Assembly (NCBI GenBank): GCA_903830945.1
Contig: CAIKVT010000058.1
Coordinates: forward strand, 75,487-139,486
DNA length: 64,000 nt
DNA from: an uncultured Elusimicrobia bacterium
GTDB taxonomy: Bacteria; Elusimicrobiota; Elusimicrobia; UBA1565; UBA9628
Direction of reading: 5' to 3'
In this document: piece by piece, positions 45,862 to 56,259 of the stretch
Layout of the letters: each line of letters begins with the position of its first letter
How positions within the stretch are numbered: position 1 is the stretch's first letter
Made by a program: the position numbers and the translations under genes
Notes under the pieces: generated by a model
What the model saw: the letters and a program-made list of their open reading frames with translations, nothing else
Databases searched by the model: none
What the model was told of the DNA's origin: nothing

Positions 45862-47247
45862 ATGGAAAAATCCTGGAAGACCATCATTGAGCCGTTCCGC
45901 ATCAAGACCGTGGAGCCGCTGGGCTTCACGACCGAGGCCGAGCGCGAAGCTATCCTGCGCGAAGCCTGCTATAACGTCTTCGCCATTCCGGCCGACAAAG
46001 TCCTCATCGATTTCCTCACGGACTCGGGGACCGGCGCCATGTCCGCGGAGCAATGGGCCGCGATCATGCGCGGCGACGAGTCCTACGCCGGGGCCCGCAG
46101 CTTCTTCGTTTTCGAGAAAGCCGTTCGCGCTCTGACCGGCTACCGCTACATCCTGCCCGTGCACCAGGGCCGCGCCGCGGAGCGCATCCTGATGGGCGTG
46201 ACCTGCGGACCGGGCAAGACCGTCTTGTCCAATTCCCATTTCGACACCACCCGCGCCAACGTCGAGGCTTCCGGCGCCGCGGCCTTGGACCTGCCCGTCC
46301 CCGAAGCCCTGGATTTCGACGTTTCCGGTCTCTTCAAGGGGGACATGGACGTGCGGGCCCTGGAGTCCAAGGTCCGCGAGATCGGTCCCGAGCACATCCC
46401 CATGGTCATCATGACTTTGACCAATAACTCCTTGGGGGGCCAGCCGGTCTCCATGCGCAACCTGCGCGAGGTCTCCCAGGTTTGCCGGAATTACCGCATT
46501 CCGCTCATCCTGGACGTGGCGCGCTTCGCTGAGAACGCCTTCTTCATCAAGCTGCGCGAGCCCGGCTACGCGAGCCGCTCGGCCGCCGACATCGCCCGGG
46601 AGATCTTCTCCCATGCTCAGGGCTGCATGATGAGCGCCAAGAAGGACGCCCTGGTCAACATCGGGGGATTCCTGGCTTTGAATGATCCCGAGTGGGTGGC
46701 CCGCTGCCGCGAGGCGCTCATCCTCACCGAGGGCTTCCCGACCTACGGCGGCTTGGCGGGCCGAGACCTCGAGGCCATGGCCCAGGGCCTCGTCGAGGTC
46801 CTCGATGAGCAGTATCTGGCCTATCGCCTGCGCTCCGTGGAGTACCTGGGAGATGGTCTGCGTCGCCTGGGCGTCCCCATCGTCGAGCCTCCCGGCGGGC
46901 ATGCCGTTTACATAAACGCCAAGAAGTTCCTGCCGCACATCCCGCCTTCCGGCTATCCCGGACAGGCTTTGGTCTGCGAGCTCTACCGGGCTGCCGGCAT
47001 CCGTTCTGTGGAGATCGGCTCGCTCATGTTTGGCCGCCGGCAGGATGGGGCTTTCGTGCCGGCCCCTATGGAGCTGGTGCGCCTGGCCATACCGCGTCGG
47101 GTCTATACCCAGAGCCACATCGATTTCGTCATCGAGGTATTCGCGGACATCGCCCGGCGCGCCCCGACCTTGCGGGCCTTGCGCCTGTTGGAGAGTCCGT
47201 CGCGCCTGGCCCACTTCACCGCGAAACTCATGCCGGAGCCCGTCTGA
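45862..47247 (+). CDS. tnaA: Tryptophanase (beta-eliminating lyase; tyrosine phenol-lyase less likely)
   Basis: EPFRIK, IDFLTDSGT, GDESYAG, HQGRAAE, MSAKKD (PLP Lys), YGGLAGRD, RLAIPRRVYT; HFTA as in TnaA rather than FFTA of TPL. Confidence 0.85.
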   Translation: MEKSWKTIIEPFRIKTVEPLGFTTEAEREAILREACYNVFAIPADKVLIDFLTDSGTGAMSAEQWAAIMRGDESYAGARSFFVFEKAVRALTGYRYILPVHQGRAAERILMGVTCGPGKTVLSNSHFDTTRANVEASGAAALDLPVPEALDFDVSGLFKGDMDVRALESKVREIGPEHIPMVIMTLTNNSLGGQPVSMRNLREVSQVCRNYRIPLILDVARFAENAFFIKLREPGYASRSAADIAREIFSHAQGCMMSAKKDALVNIGGFLALNDPEWVARCREALILTEGFPTYGGLAGRDLEAMAQGLVEVLDEQYLAYRLRSVEYLGDGLRRLGVPIVEPPGGHAVYINAKKFLPHIPPSGYPGQALVCELYRAAGIRSVEIGSLMFGRRQDGAFVPAPMELVRLAIPRRVYTQSHIDFVIEVFADIARRAPTLRALRLLESPSRLAHFTAKLMPEPV

Positions 47248-49433
47248 TGGCCGAGGACCGTGGGTTCATTCTTCTGATCACTGCTGACCGGGCGCTCTAT
47301 CAGGATATGGCGCCTGCCGCTGCGAGTCGGGGGCTGAAACTCGTCGCGGTCGCGACTGTGCCTGAGGCTGCGGCGCAGTTGACCTCTGCCGCTGGTGCGA
47401 TCGCGGCCCTGGTCGTGGATTTCGGTCGAGTGCCGGTCAGCGAGCGTGAGGCTCTGTTGGCCTTGCGCCAACAGGCCCCGCAAGTTCCGTTCGTGTTTTT
47501 GGAGACCAACGCCAGCATCGCTCCGGATATGTCGGCGCCGCTGAGGCGCCTGCCCTGGCCCCTGCCTGTTGGCTTCGCGGACCAGGTCCGGGCCACGGAC
47601 CGGCCTGTGGTCATGCTCACCGACAAGACTCTTTTCTCAACCGCCGCCTTACCCCTGGCCTTGCAGCAGGCCGGGGTCCAGATTGTGTCGCTGGAATCGA
47701 CCACTGGATTAGTCGAATTCATGCATGAGCAGCAGCAGGCGCGCGCGCCCAGGCCCAAGCCGATCGGCTTGAAGCGCTTCTGGAGTCGCCTGAGCGGCGG
47801 CGAGGAGGTTGAGCCGATGCAGGTGCTGGGACGCATCGTGGTGGCGATGTTCTCCGGATCCATGGCGGACGCCGAAGGGCTGGACCGGCGCATCCGCGAA
47901 GTGGTCTCGGAGGCGGTCTGCTACCACATCTCCAGCTTGGATGCGGGCCGCGCCGCTTCCGTCGCGCTCAAGGAGAGGCAGCTCGTTTCGCTGTTGCGCG
48001 AGCAGGCGGGGCGCCTTCCGGAATATCTGACCACCAGCGGTGAGAACGATAAGACCCAGTCCCGGGGCGGCGGCCGCATCCTTCTGGTGGACAACTTCAA
48101 GCCTACCTTGGCCGCCCTGGGCCAGGCCCTTATGGGCGCGGGTTATGAGGTCTTTACGGCGGAGAGCGGCGATGAGGTCCTGCAGCAATTTCAGGCCGGC
48201 GCCTATCACCTGGCTGTCATCGGTACGGCCATCGCCTACGCCCAGCATCCCGGAGCGGAGTTCGCCCAGAAGCTGCGCGAGCGCGACCGGGACCTGCGCA
48301 TCATTTTCATGGTGGACCGCTACCCCATGCAGGCGGCGCTTCAAGGGGTGAGTCAGGTCGTGGAGTTGGGCCTCGATGATGCCTTGCTCAAGCCCGTCGA
48401 ATCCTCGCGCCTCATCTTCTCGGTGCAGCGGGCACTGGAGCGGCGCTTTTTGCTCCTGGAGAACACCCGGCTTTTGAAGGAGATTCAGGAGTCTAACCGC
48501 CAGCTCGCGCAGCTTAATGAGTTTCAGAAGAAGTTCTTTGCCATGGTCGCCCATGACATCAAGAACCCCCTGACTGCTATCATGGGCTATTCCGAGGTCC
48601 TGGGTATGCGCCTGAAATCCAGCCCCGGCGAGCTCAAGTACACTTCGCACATCCATTCTGCGGCCAAGACCCTCAATACCTTGATCTCGGACCTCGTGGA
48701 CTTGGCTGCCATCGAGTCGGGCAAGCTGCGCGTGGAGATCGGCCCCCTCGACTTGCTGGCCGTTATCACCGAGGTCCGTGTGCGCATCGAGATCGTGGCG
48801 GGTAAGCGTAAGATCAACTTCACAGTGGAGACGCCCGTCGATCTTCCGCTTTTGGCAGGGGACCCGGCCCGACTGGGGCAGGTCATCCAGAACCTTTGCA
48901 CCAACGCCATCCAATACACCAAGGAGGGCGGCAAGGTCATCGTGCGCGTAGAAGCCTTCCCCGGGAAGGTCGTGGTCAGTGTCCTCGACACGGGCATCGG
49001 CATCGCGGCGGAGGATCTGCCGCGTATCTGGGAGCGCTACTTCCAGACCGAGGAAGCCAAGAATATGCGCAGGGCCGGCTTCGGCCTGGGACTTAAGATC
49101 GCGCGCGAGGTCGTGCAAATGCATGGCGGCGAGATGGGCATCGAGTCGCAGGTGGGCGTGGGCTCGAGGTTCTTCTTCTCCCTGCCTGTGCCGACGGTGC
49201 CTATGGCCGCGGTTCCCGCGGCCTCACCCAAGCCGTTGTCGTCGTTGACGGGGCCTCTTCGCTCCATACCTGAGCCAATGCCGACTGGCGCTCTTCCAAC
49301 TGCGCCGGACCGTCAGGGCGGCGGCGTTGCCGCACCGCCGCCGACGCTGCGACCCGCGTCGCCGCCGGCCGCGCCGTCCGGAGGCACGGGCATGCTTCCG
49401 CCGCTGACGGATCCTCCGGAAAGAGAGATGTAG
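47247..49433 (+). CDS. Hybrid histidine kinase with degenerate receiver-like domains and Pro-rich tail
   Basis: AHDIKNPL H-box, NLCTNAIQY, DTGIGI, GFGLGL, HGG. Confidence 0.88.
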   Translation: MAEDRGFILLITADRALYQDMAPAAASRGLKLVAVATVPEAAAQLTSAAGAIAALVVDFGRVPVSEREALLALRQQAPQVPFVFLETNASIAPDMSAPLRRLPWPLPVGFADQVRATDRPVVMLTDKTLFSTAALPLALQQAGVQIVSLESTTGLVEFMHEQQQARAPRPKPIGLKRFWSRLSGGEEVEPMQVLGRIVVAMFSGSMADAEGLDRRIREVVSEAVCYHISSLDAGRAASVALKERQLVSLLREQAGRLPEYLTTSGENDKTQSRGGGRILLVDNFKPTLAALGQALMGAGYEVFTAESGDEVLQQFQAGAYHLAVIGTAIAYAQHPGAEFAQKLRERDRDLRIIFMVDRYPMQAALQGVSQVVELGLDDALLKPVESSRLIFSVQRALERRFLLLENTRLLKEIQESNRQLAQLNEFQKKFFAMVAHDIKNPLTAIMGYSEVLGMRLKSSPGELKYTSHIHSAAKTLNTLISDLVDLAAIESGKLRVEIGPLDLLAVITEVRVRIEIVAGKRKINFTVETPVDLPLLAGDPARLGQVIQNLCTNAIQYTKEGGKVIVRVEAFPGKVVVSVLDTGIGIAAEDLPRIWERYFQTEEAKNMRRAGFGLGLKIAREVVQMHGGEMGIESQVGVGSRFFFSLPVPTVPMAAVPAASPKPLSSLTGPLRSIPEPMPTGALPTAPDRQGGGVAAPPPTLRPASPPAAPSGGTGMLPPLTDPPEREM

Positions 49434-49476
49434 CTCAGCCCGGTCGTAGGGCTCCTACCACGGCGCTGGCCGCGAC

Positions 49477-51528
49477 ATGACGAAACAAGACATCGCGCTT
49501 TTGAGAGGCAGCCTGCCGTTTGGTGCTCTTTTGACCGGCGAGGCGCAGCTCGTCGTCTATTCCTACGACGGGGCATCCGCGCGCGGCCGGCCCGAGGCCG
49601 TGGCCCTGCCGGGCAGTGCCGACGAGGTCCGTCGGACCGTGGCGCTTTGCTGCCAGCGACGAATCCCATACGTGGCGAGGGGCGCGGGAACCAACCTCTC
49701 CGGCGGCAGCGTGCCTCTCCGCGGCGGCGTGGTCATTTCCTTGGCGCGCCTCAACCGCATCCTGGCGGTGGACACCGCGACTTTGATGGCGGTGGTGGAG
49801 CCGGGCGTGGTCAACCTCAAACTCCAGGAGGAGCTTGAGCGCACCGGCCATTATTACGCCCCGGACCCGTCGAGCTTCCGCGTCTCCACCATCGGCGGAA
49901 ATATCGCGGAGAATGCCGGCGGGCCGCGCTGCCTCAAGTACGGCGTTACGACCGATCACGTGCTGGCCCTGGAGGCGGTGATGCCGGACGGGACGCTTGA
50001 GCGCTTCTCGGGCGAGGATGCCGGACCGGAGCTCATGAGCCTGATGGTCGGCTCGGAGGGGACGCTGGGCGTGGTCATCAAGGCCTGGCTGCGCATCCTG
50101 CCGCAGCCTGCGGCCGTGCGCACGGTGCTGGCGGGATTTCCTTCGGTTGAGGCCGCGGTACGCTGCGTCTCGGCTGTCATTGCGGCCGGGGTCGTGCCCC
50201 GGGCGCTGGAAGCCCTGGACCGCGTCACGGTGGAGACCGTGGAGGCCTATCGCCGAGCCGGTTATCCGGCCACCGAGGCGGTCCTCTTGATCGAGATGGA
50301 CGGCACTCTCGAATCGGTCGCGCGTGAGACGGCGGCGGTGGAGAGGCTGGTCAGCGAGCACGGAGCCTCAGAGGTACGCTTGGCGCAGCGGGCCGAGGAC
50401 CGTGAGCGGCTATGGGAGGGTCGTCGCGGCGCCTACGCGGCCTGCGCGCGCCTGGCGCCCAACGTCCTGGTCGAGGACGGCGTGGTGCCGCGCGACCGTC
50501 TGCCTGAGGCGGTGCGCCGCATCCGGGAGATTTCGGCGCGCCACGGGATCAAGCCGGCTCTGCTCTTCCATGCGGGCGACGGCAACATCCACCCGAATAT
50601 CTCCTACGACGAGCGCGACCTCGAGGAGACCGGGCGGGTCAAGGCCGCGGGCCAGGATATCCTGCGCGCCTGCGTGGAGCTGGGCGGGTCGCTTTCCGGC
50701 GAGCACGGCATAGGCACGGAGAAGCGCGAGGCCATGCGCTGGCTCCATTCGATTAGGGTTTTGAGGCTCTTTCGGGACCTCAAGGGAGCCTTCGATCCGG
50801 TCGGACTGGCCAACCCGGACAAGATGTTCCCGGATGAGGGTGGGGGGGCCGAGGACGGCCTCGTGAGGCCCGAGCGGCCTTTGAGCGCCCAGGCTAGGCT
50901 CCTGGTCGAGAAGGTCAAGGCCTATGCCGGTCAGAGAAGGCCTATGGTGGTGGTGGGTAGCGGTTCGCGTTGGAAGGGGGTGCCGCCGGACTGCGCGGAG
51001 CTGCTGACCACGGGCATGAACGCGATACTCGATTGGGACAAGGGCAACTTCACCATAACGGTGGAGGCCGGGGTCTTGGCCCGGTCTCTGCGTACGGAGC
51101 TCGCCAGCCAGGGTTTCTACCTGCGCTGGCCCGACCTGGGAGGGACCTTGGGCGGGATATTGGCGAGCAAGGCCTGGTCGGGCCTGCGTCAGGATGTACT
51201 GGGCCTGAGGCTTATCCTGCCCGACGGCGCGGTGGCGGACCTGGGCGGCAAGGTGGTCAAGAACGTGGCGGGCTACGATTTGCCGCGCCTGGTGCTGGGT
51301 TCCTGGGGCACACTGGGCGTCATTGCGGATGTGACCTTCAGGCTCCATTCCTCGGCGAGGGACATCCCCGCCTGTGGCGAGCCCAAGCCTTTCGCGGCTG
51401 GGATCTGGCAGAAGCGCGTCAAACAGGTTTTTGACCCCGGGAATCTCATGAACCCCTGGTTCCATCCGACGGGCTTAAGCCCGTCATCTCCGAAGGGCAG
51501 CCGTCCTCCTTTTCCGGAGCGGGCATGA
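49477..51528 (+). CDS. glcD: Glycolate oxidase-like FAD-linked oxidase, GlcD fused to a GlcE-like domain
   Basis: RGAGTNLSGG, APDPSS, GGPRCLKYG, GSEGTLG, HAGDGNIHP, GEHGIG, then GGKVVKNVAGYDL..GSWGTLG. Confidence 0.85.
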   Translation: MTKQDIALLRGSLPFGALLTGEAQLVVYSYDGASARGRPEAVALPGSADEVRRTVALCCQRRIPYVARGAGTNLSGGSVPLRGGVVISLARLNRILAVDTATLMAVVEPGVVNLKLQEELERTGHYYAPDPSSFRVSTIGGNIAENAGGPRCLKYGVTTDHVLALEAVMPDGTLERFSGEDAGPELMSLMVGSEGTLGVVIKAWLRILPQPAAVRTVLAGFPSVEAAVRCVSAVIAAGVVPRALEALDRVTVETVEAYRRAGYPATEAVLLIEMDGTLESVARETAAVERLVSEHGASEVRLAQRAEDRERLWEGRRGAYAACARLAPNVLVEDGVVPRDRLPEAVRRIREISARHGIKPALLFHAGDGNIHPNISYDERDLEETGRVKAAGQDILRACVELGGSLSGEHGIGTEKREAMRWLHSIRVLRLFRDLKGAFDPVGLANPDKMFPDEGGGAEDGLVRPERPLSAQARLLVEKVKAYAGQRRPMVVVGSGSRWKGVPPDCAELLTTGMNAILDWDKGNFTITVEAGVLARSLRTELASQGFYLRWPDLGGTLGGILASKAWSGLRQDVLGLRLILPDGAVADLGGKVVKNVAGYDLPRLVLGSWGTLGVIADVTFRLHSSARDIPACGEPKPFAAGIWQKRVKQVFDPGNLMNPWFHPTGLSPSSPKGSRPPFPERA

Positions 51529-52835
51529 GCCTGCAACTGTCGCGTCTGCTCACCGACCTGGGCGAGAAATCGTCCTACGACGCGGCCAGCCAGTGCTGCC
51601 GCTGCGGCTACTGCGAAGCTGCCTGCCCTACATACGTGGTCACGGGCGACGAGACCTGCTCCGCACGCGGCCGCAACCAGCTGGTACGCTCGCTCATCGA
51701 ACATAAGCTTTACGAGCCGGCCAGCGCTCACGACGCCCTGCATACCTGCCTCCTCTGCGGGGCCTGCACTGCGGCATGCTATGCTCGTGTGGCGACCGCG
51801 GATATCGTTCTGGAGGGCCGGCGCATGCTCGACGCCAAGACTCACTGGCTGGCGCATCTTCTGAGCCGGCTCATGGCCGAGCATCGTGGCTGGCTGGCCT
51901 TCATGCTCAAGGCGGTGAACGTCGCCAAGCGTCTGGGCCTGACGACATTGGCCCGGCCTATCCTGCGCGTTATTGGGCTGCCTGGTTTGGCCTTGGCTGA
52001 GGAGCACGTGCAGGAGGCTCCCTTGACCTTCCTCTATGAGGTTCTGCGCCGGCGGCCTTGGGCCGCGCAGCCGCATTGGCTTTACTTCGCCCCTTGCGGC
52101 CCCAATTTCCTCTATCCGCGCGTAGGCAAAGCCACGGTGGCCGTGCTGGAGGCCTTGCGCGGCGGCGGCAATTTTTTGGACAACGATTGCTGCGGCCTGC
52201 TCGCCTACAACTACGGCGATGTGGATGACGCGCGGGTTTTGGCGCGGCGCAACATCGCGCGCTTCGAGGCTGCGGGCGGGACGGGCCCCTTGGTGGGGGA
52301 CTGTTCCTCCTGCGTGGCTTTCCTTAAATCCTATCCTCAACTCTTCCTCTCCGAGCCGGACTGGAAGATGCGCGCCGAGCGCTTTGCTGCGGTCGTGCGG
52401 GACGTCCCTGAGGTGCTGTCAGACGCGTCTTTGCCGGAGGCGGATCTGCCGACGACGACTTATCATGATTCCTGTCGAGCCTGCCACGGCCAAGGATTGA
52501 AGGAAGGTGCGCACACCGCTATACGGCGTCTGGCCGGCGCGTCTTATCGGGAACTGCCGGAGTCGGACATGTGTTGCGGTGGGGCTGGGGCCTACGCTTT
52601 CCGCAATCCGGGGATCTCGGATGACCTCATCAAGCGCAAGGTCGGGCGCATCGCCGCGACCGGGGCTCGGCTGGTGGCGACCAGCGGAACCTCATGCCTC
52701 ATCCAGCTTGCCCAGGGCTTGAAGAAATACTATCCTGAATGCGAAGTACTTCATCTCTCCGAATTAGCCGCGCGGGCCGTCGCGTCAGGGCGCGCCGTCC
52801 AAGGAGCCAAGGATGGGACGCAGGCAGGAGCTTGA
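51525..52835 (+). CDS. glcF: Glycolate oxidase Fe-S subunit (CCG domains)
   Basis: CCRCGYCEAACPTY, CLLCGACTAAC, CCGL, YHDSC, CCGGAG. Confidence 0.85.
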   Translation: MSLQLSRLLTDLGEKSSYDAASQCCRCGYCEAACPTYVVTGDETCSARGRNQLVRSLIEHKLYEPASAHDALHTCLLCGACTAACYARVATADIVLEGRRMLDAKTHWLAHLLSRLMAEHRGWLAFMLKAVNVAKRLGLTTLARPILRVIGLPGLALAEEHVQEAPLTFLYEVLRRRPWAAQPHWLYFAPCGPNFLYPRVGKATVAVLEALRGGGNFLDNDCCGLLAYNYGDVDDARVLARRNIARFEAAGGTGPLVGDCSSCVAFLKSYPQLFLSEPDWKMRAERFAAVVRDVPEVLSDASLPEADLPTTTYHDSCRACHGQGLKEGAHTAIRRLAGASYRELPESDMCCGGAGAYAFRNPGISDDLIKRKVGRIAATGARLVATSGTSCLIQLAQGLKKYYPECEVLHLSELAARAVASGRAVQGAKDGTQAGA

Positions 52836-53994
52836 GAAAAGGCAGACCTTGCTCTCGCGCTTCGGCCGCCTCATCGCGACCGAGAGCCGGCTCGAATCGC
52901 TGCTGACCATCATCGCGGAAGAAGTCCGCAATATCCTCGACGCGGACCGCTGTTCGGTCTTCCTGGTGGACGCCTACAAGGGCGAGTTGTGGACCAAGAT
53001 CGCTCTGGGTATGGAGGAGAAGATCCTGCGCATGCCTCTGGGACAGGGTATCGCGGGCTTCGTGGCCAGGACCGGCAGCGCCGTCAACATCCGCGAGGCC
53101 TACCGCGACACGCGTTTCACTCAGGACCTCGACCGCATCACCGGTTACCAGACCCGCACCGTGCTGGCCGTGCCGCTCAAGGGCCGCGACGGCCAGGTCC
53201 TGGGCGTCTTCGAGGTTCTTAACAAGAGCAAGGGCTCCTTTACTGATGAGGATGAGGGACTGCTGCGTGTTCTGGGCACCATGGCCGCCTCATTCATCGA
53301 GAACGCCAGTCTCTACGACGACCTGCGCCGCTCGCACCTGGAGACCATCTACCGCATGGCTCTGGTCGCTGAGTTCCGCGACCAGAAGGACACCGGCAAG
53401 CATCTGCGCCGAATGAGTCGCCTTTCCGGGATACTGGCCTCGGCCATGGGCATGAGCTACCAGGAATCCGAGGATATCCGCTATGCCAGCCCTCTGCACG
53501 ACATCGGTAAGGTGGCCATCCCGGACGTCATCCTGCGCAAGCCGGAGAAGCTCAGCGTCGAGGAATATGAGGAGATGAAGCGGCACACCATCTACGGCAG
53601 CCAGATGCTCATCAACGCGGAGAGCCGTCTTCTGCGCCTGGCGGCGCTCATCGCCATCGCCCACCATGAGAGCTACGACGGCACGGGTTATCCTTATGGG
53701 CTTAAGGGTGAGGCCATCCCCATCGAGGCGCGCATCGTCTCGGTGGCGGACGTCTTCGACGCCCTGATCTCCAAACGGGTCTATAAGGGGGCTTGGACCC
53801 TCGAAGATGCTTTGGCTCATATCAAATCTCTCAGCGGCAAGCAGTTCGACGGGGCCGTAGTTGAGCGCTTGGAGCAGTGCTTCGATGACGTTGTCGCGGC
53901 CCTGGAGGAGGAGGACCGCCGCTCTGCCGTCGAGGAGGCCGTCCTGCTCTTCCAGCCGACCGGCCAGAGCGTGAACCGGCCTGCCCAAGCCTGA
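52813..53994 (+). CDS. GAF plus HD-GYP cyclic-di-GMP phosphodiesterase
   Basis: GIAGFVA, TGYQTRTVLAVPL, LHDIGK, HHESYDGTGYP, VADVFDAL. Confidence 0.92.
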   Translation: MGRRQELEKRQTLLSRFGRLIATESRLESLLTIIAEEVRNILDADRCSVFLVDAYKGELWTKIALGMEEKILRMPLGQGIAGFVARTGSAVNIREAYRDTRFTQDLDRITGYQTRTVLAVPLKGRDGQVLGVFEVLNKSKGSFTDEDEGLLRVLGTMAASFIENASLYDDLRRSHLETIYRMALVAEFRDQKDTGKHLRRMSRLSGILASAMGMSYQESEDIRYASPLHDIGKVAIPDVILRKPEKLSVEEYEEMKRHTIYGSQMLINAESRLLRLAALIAIAHHESYDGTGYPYGLKGEAIPIEARIVSVADVFDALISKRVYKGAWTLEDALAHIKSLSGKQFDGAVVERLEQCFDDVVAALEEEDRRSAVEEAVLLFQPTGQSVNRPAQA

Positions 53995-54007
53995 GCGGGC
54001 CGGTTTT
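53974..54007 (+). terminator. Possible intrinsic terminator between convergent HD-GYP and PBP genes
   Basis: AACCGGCCTGC...GCGGGCCGGTT stem ending in a short T run. Confidence 0.4.
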
Positions 54008-54010
54008 ACT

Positions 54011-56251
54011 CTATCGGCGGCGCCACCACTTCCGGATCCAGCCCCACATCCCGCCCGGATGCAGGGGGCACTCCGCGGTCGGCTCTGTGCCGGCCAAGAA
54101 GACCTCGTCCTGTCGTTGTGGACAGCCGGCCCGGGCGCGTAGGCCGGAAGCCGGGTCGAGGGTCACGGTCACCAAGCCTTGCGGCTGCGCAAACATCGTC
54201 GTCGGTCCTTCCGAGGCCGTTTTCATGAACGCGGCCCAGACCGGCAAGGCGTCTTTGGCCCCGGTGAGCTTGAGCGGTCGATTGCGGTCGTCGCCGACCC
54301 AGACTCCGGCTAGAAGCTGCGGCGTGTAGCCCACGAACCAGGCATCGCGGCCGTTCTCGGTGGTTCCCGTCTTGCCTGCGCAAGGGCGCGTAAAGCCCAG
54401 ATGTGAAAGGTCCTTGGCCGTTCCGTCCTGCACTACGCTTTCCAGCAGGGATGTGAGCAGGTAGGCCCGGGCTGGGGCCAGCACGTTTTGGCGTTCGCCG
54501 CGGTCGAATTCCAGGACGTCGCCTTGCGCGTCGGTGACCATGTCGATGAGGCGCGGTTCCACCCGGAAGCCCCCGTTGTCGAAGGGGGCGTAGGCCGCTG
54601 TCAGCTCCAGGAGGGTGACCTCGGAAGTTCCCAATGCCAGGGCCAGACTGCCTTCCAGCGGGCTTTTGACGCCCATACGGCGGGCGAATTCGGCCGCTGC
54701 GGCGGGCCCGATCTGGTTGGCCAGGTCCAAGGAGGCTGCATTGAGGGAGTGGGCCAGGGCATGGCGCAGCGTCGTTGTTCCTAAATAGATCCCGTCGTAG
54801 TTCCGCGGCCTCCAGGGGCCGGCCGCCCCCGGGTATGTCTTCGCCTGGTCGTCGAGCAAAGAGGCCGGGGTATAGCCCTTTTCCAGGGCCGCGCCGTAGA
54901 GGAACGGCTTGAACGCCGAGCCGGGCTGGCGGCGGGCCTGGGTCGCGCGGTTGAACTGGCTTTCGGCGAACTCCCGGCCGCCGACTAGCGCCAGTACGCG
55001 GCCGTCCTCCGGCGAGAGGGCCACCAGAGCGGCCTGCGCGCTCAGGCGGCGCACGGCGTTTTCCGCCGCGGTCTGCGCCATAGGGTCCATGGTCGTGTAA
55101 AGGCTTAGACCTTCTCGGAAGAGTGATTCCTCTCCGTAGCGGGGCAGTGCCTGCCGGACGGTCTCGGCGACGAAATACGACGGGCCCCGTCGCTCTCGCG
55201 AGAGTCGGGTGGTCACGGCCAGGGATTCGGCCAGCGCGCTGCTTAGGCGCGCGGCCGTGATGAAGCCTTCATCGCGCATGCGGCGCAGCACAAAATCGCG
55301 GCGCTCTACCGCGGCTTGCGGGTCGCGGCGTGGATTGTAGCGGTAGGGGGAGCGGATGATCCCGGCGAGCAGAGCACACTCCTCCAGACTCAAGCGGCCT
55401 AGGTCCTTGTCGAAATAGAAATGGGCCGCGGCCTTGACCCCGGCAACGGCCACGGGTCCGTCCTGGCCCATGTATATCTCGTTGAGGTAGAGGGTGAGTA
55501 TGCGCTCCTTGTTCAGCCGGGCTTCCAAATATAGGGCGAAGGCGGCCTCGGCGATCTTGCGGCGCAGGGTCCGACGAGAGTTGAGGAATAGGTTCTTGGC
55601 GAGTTGTTGGGTGATGGTGCTGCCGCCCTGTACGGCGCCACCCTTGAGGTCGTTGAAACCGGAACGCACCAGCGCCCGCGGATCCAGTCCCCAATGGCTG
55701 AAAAAACGCTTATCCTCGGTGGCGACCACGGCGTCTTTGAGCGCCTGTGGGATGTCTTCGGAGGCGGCCGGTTCGCGCCGTACCTTTTTGGCGCCGGAGA
55801 GTTCGGCGACAAGTTCCGGCTCGACCCATATTCGGGGCACGGCCGAACCTGAGGCGTCGATGATCTTGGCCGCGTCGCCTACTTCGGGGAAGGTTGCGCT
55901 GAAGAGCCCGGGGTTTTGCGCCGGCAGAGGCGCGGAGAAGCCCCGGAGGAAGACCGCGAGGACCGGAGCTTTCCATGAGTATTCGCCCGGCGTCCGGGGC
56001 TCGCGGACGCGTAGATAGCCCAGACGGTCCAGGCGTGCCATGAGGTGTTGCGGGTCGCGCGGGGCGCCCGCGCCTATCGCGGCTGGGGAGGCGAAGACCC
56101 GTGTGGAGAAGCTCTTACCCAGGCCGCCCAGAACGAGGCGGGAGAGTTGGGTCTCGGCGCGGTAAACCAGGACTGCCGCAGCTGCGGCCAGGACTAAGGC
56201 GCATAAGATCGGAAGCCGGAACCAGAAGGTCTTGCGGCGAGCACGCCCCAT
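54011..56251 (-). CDS. Class A penicillin-binding protein (PBP1B-like, UB2H-like domain)
   Basis: EDKRFFSHWG, QGGSTITQQLAKN, RKIAE, PGSAFK (SxxK), SLN, GKTGT. Confidence 0.93.
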   Translation of the reverse strand: MGRARRKTFWFRLPILCALVLAAAAAVLVYRAETQLSRLVLGGLGKSFSTRVFASPAAIGAGAPRDPQHLMARLDRLGYLRVREPRTPGEYSWKAPVLAVFLRGFSAPLPAQNPGLFSATFPEVGDAAKIIDASGSAVPRIWVEPELVAELSGAKKVRREPAASEDIPQALKDAVVATEDKRFFSHWGLDPRALVRSGFNDLKGGAVQGGSTITQQLAKNLFLNSRRTLRRKIAEAAFALYLEARLNKERILTLYLNEIYMGQDGPVAVAGVKAAAHFYFDKDLGRLSLEECALLAGIIRSPYRYNPRRDPQAAVERRDFVLRRMRDEGFITAARLSSALAESLAVTTRLSRERRGPSYFVAETVRQALPRYGEESLFREGLSLYTTMDPMAQTAAENAVRRLSAQAALVALSPEDGRVLALVGGREFAESQFNRATQARRQPGSAFKPFLYGAALEKGYTPASLLDDQAKTYPGAAGPWRPRNYDGIYLGTTTLRHALAHSLNAASLDLANQIGPAAAAEFARRMGVKSPLEGSLALALGTSEVTLLELTAAYAPFDNGGFRVEPRLIDMVTDAQGDVLEFDRGERQNVLAPARAYLLTSLLESVVQDGTAKDLSHLGFTRPCAGKTGTTENGRDAWFVGYTPQLLAGVWVGDDRNRPLKLTGAKDALPVWAAFMKTASEGPTTMFAQPQGLVTVTLDPASGLRARAGCPQRQDEVFLAGTEPTAECPLHPGGMWGWIRKWWRRR

Positions 56252-56259
56252 GGCGGCCT

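Noticed and set aside
45793-47214. 760-aa ORF suggesting a giant foldase fusion
   Set aside because: The extension is the antisense shadow of tnaA; the foldase has its own AGGAGG RBS, ATG and signal peptide at 45792.
47709-52340. Long minus-strand ORFs (471, 308, 351, 355 aa)
   Set aside because: Antisense shadows of well-supported high-GC genes with no domain motifs.
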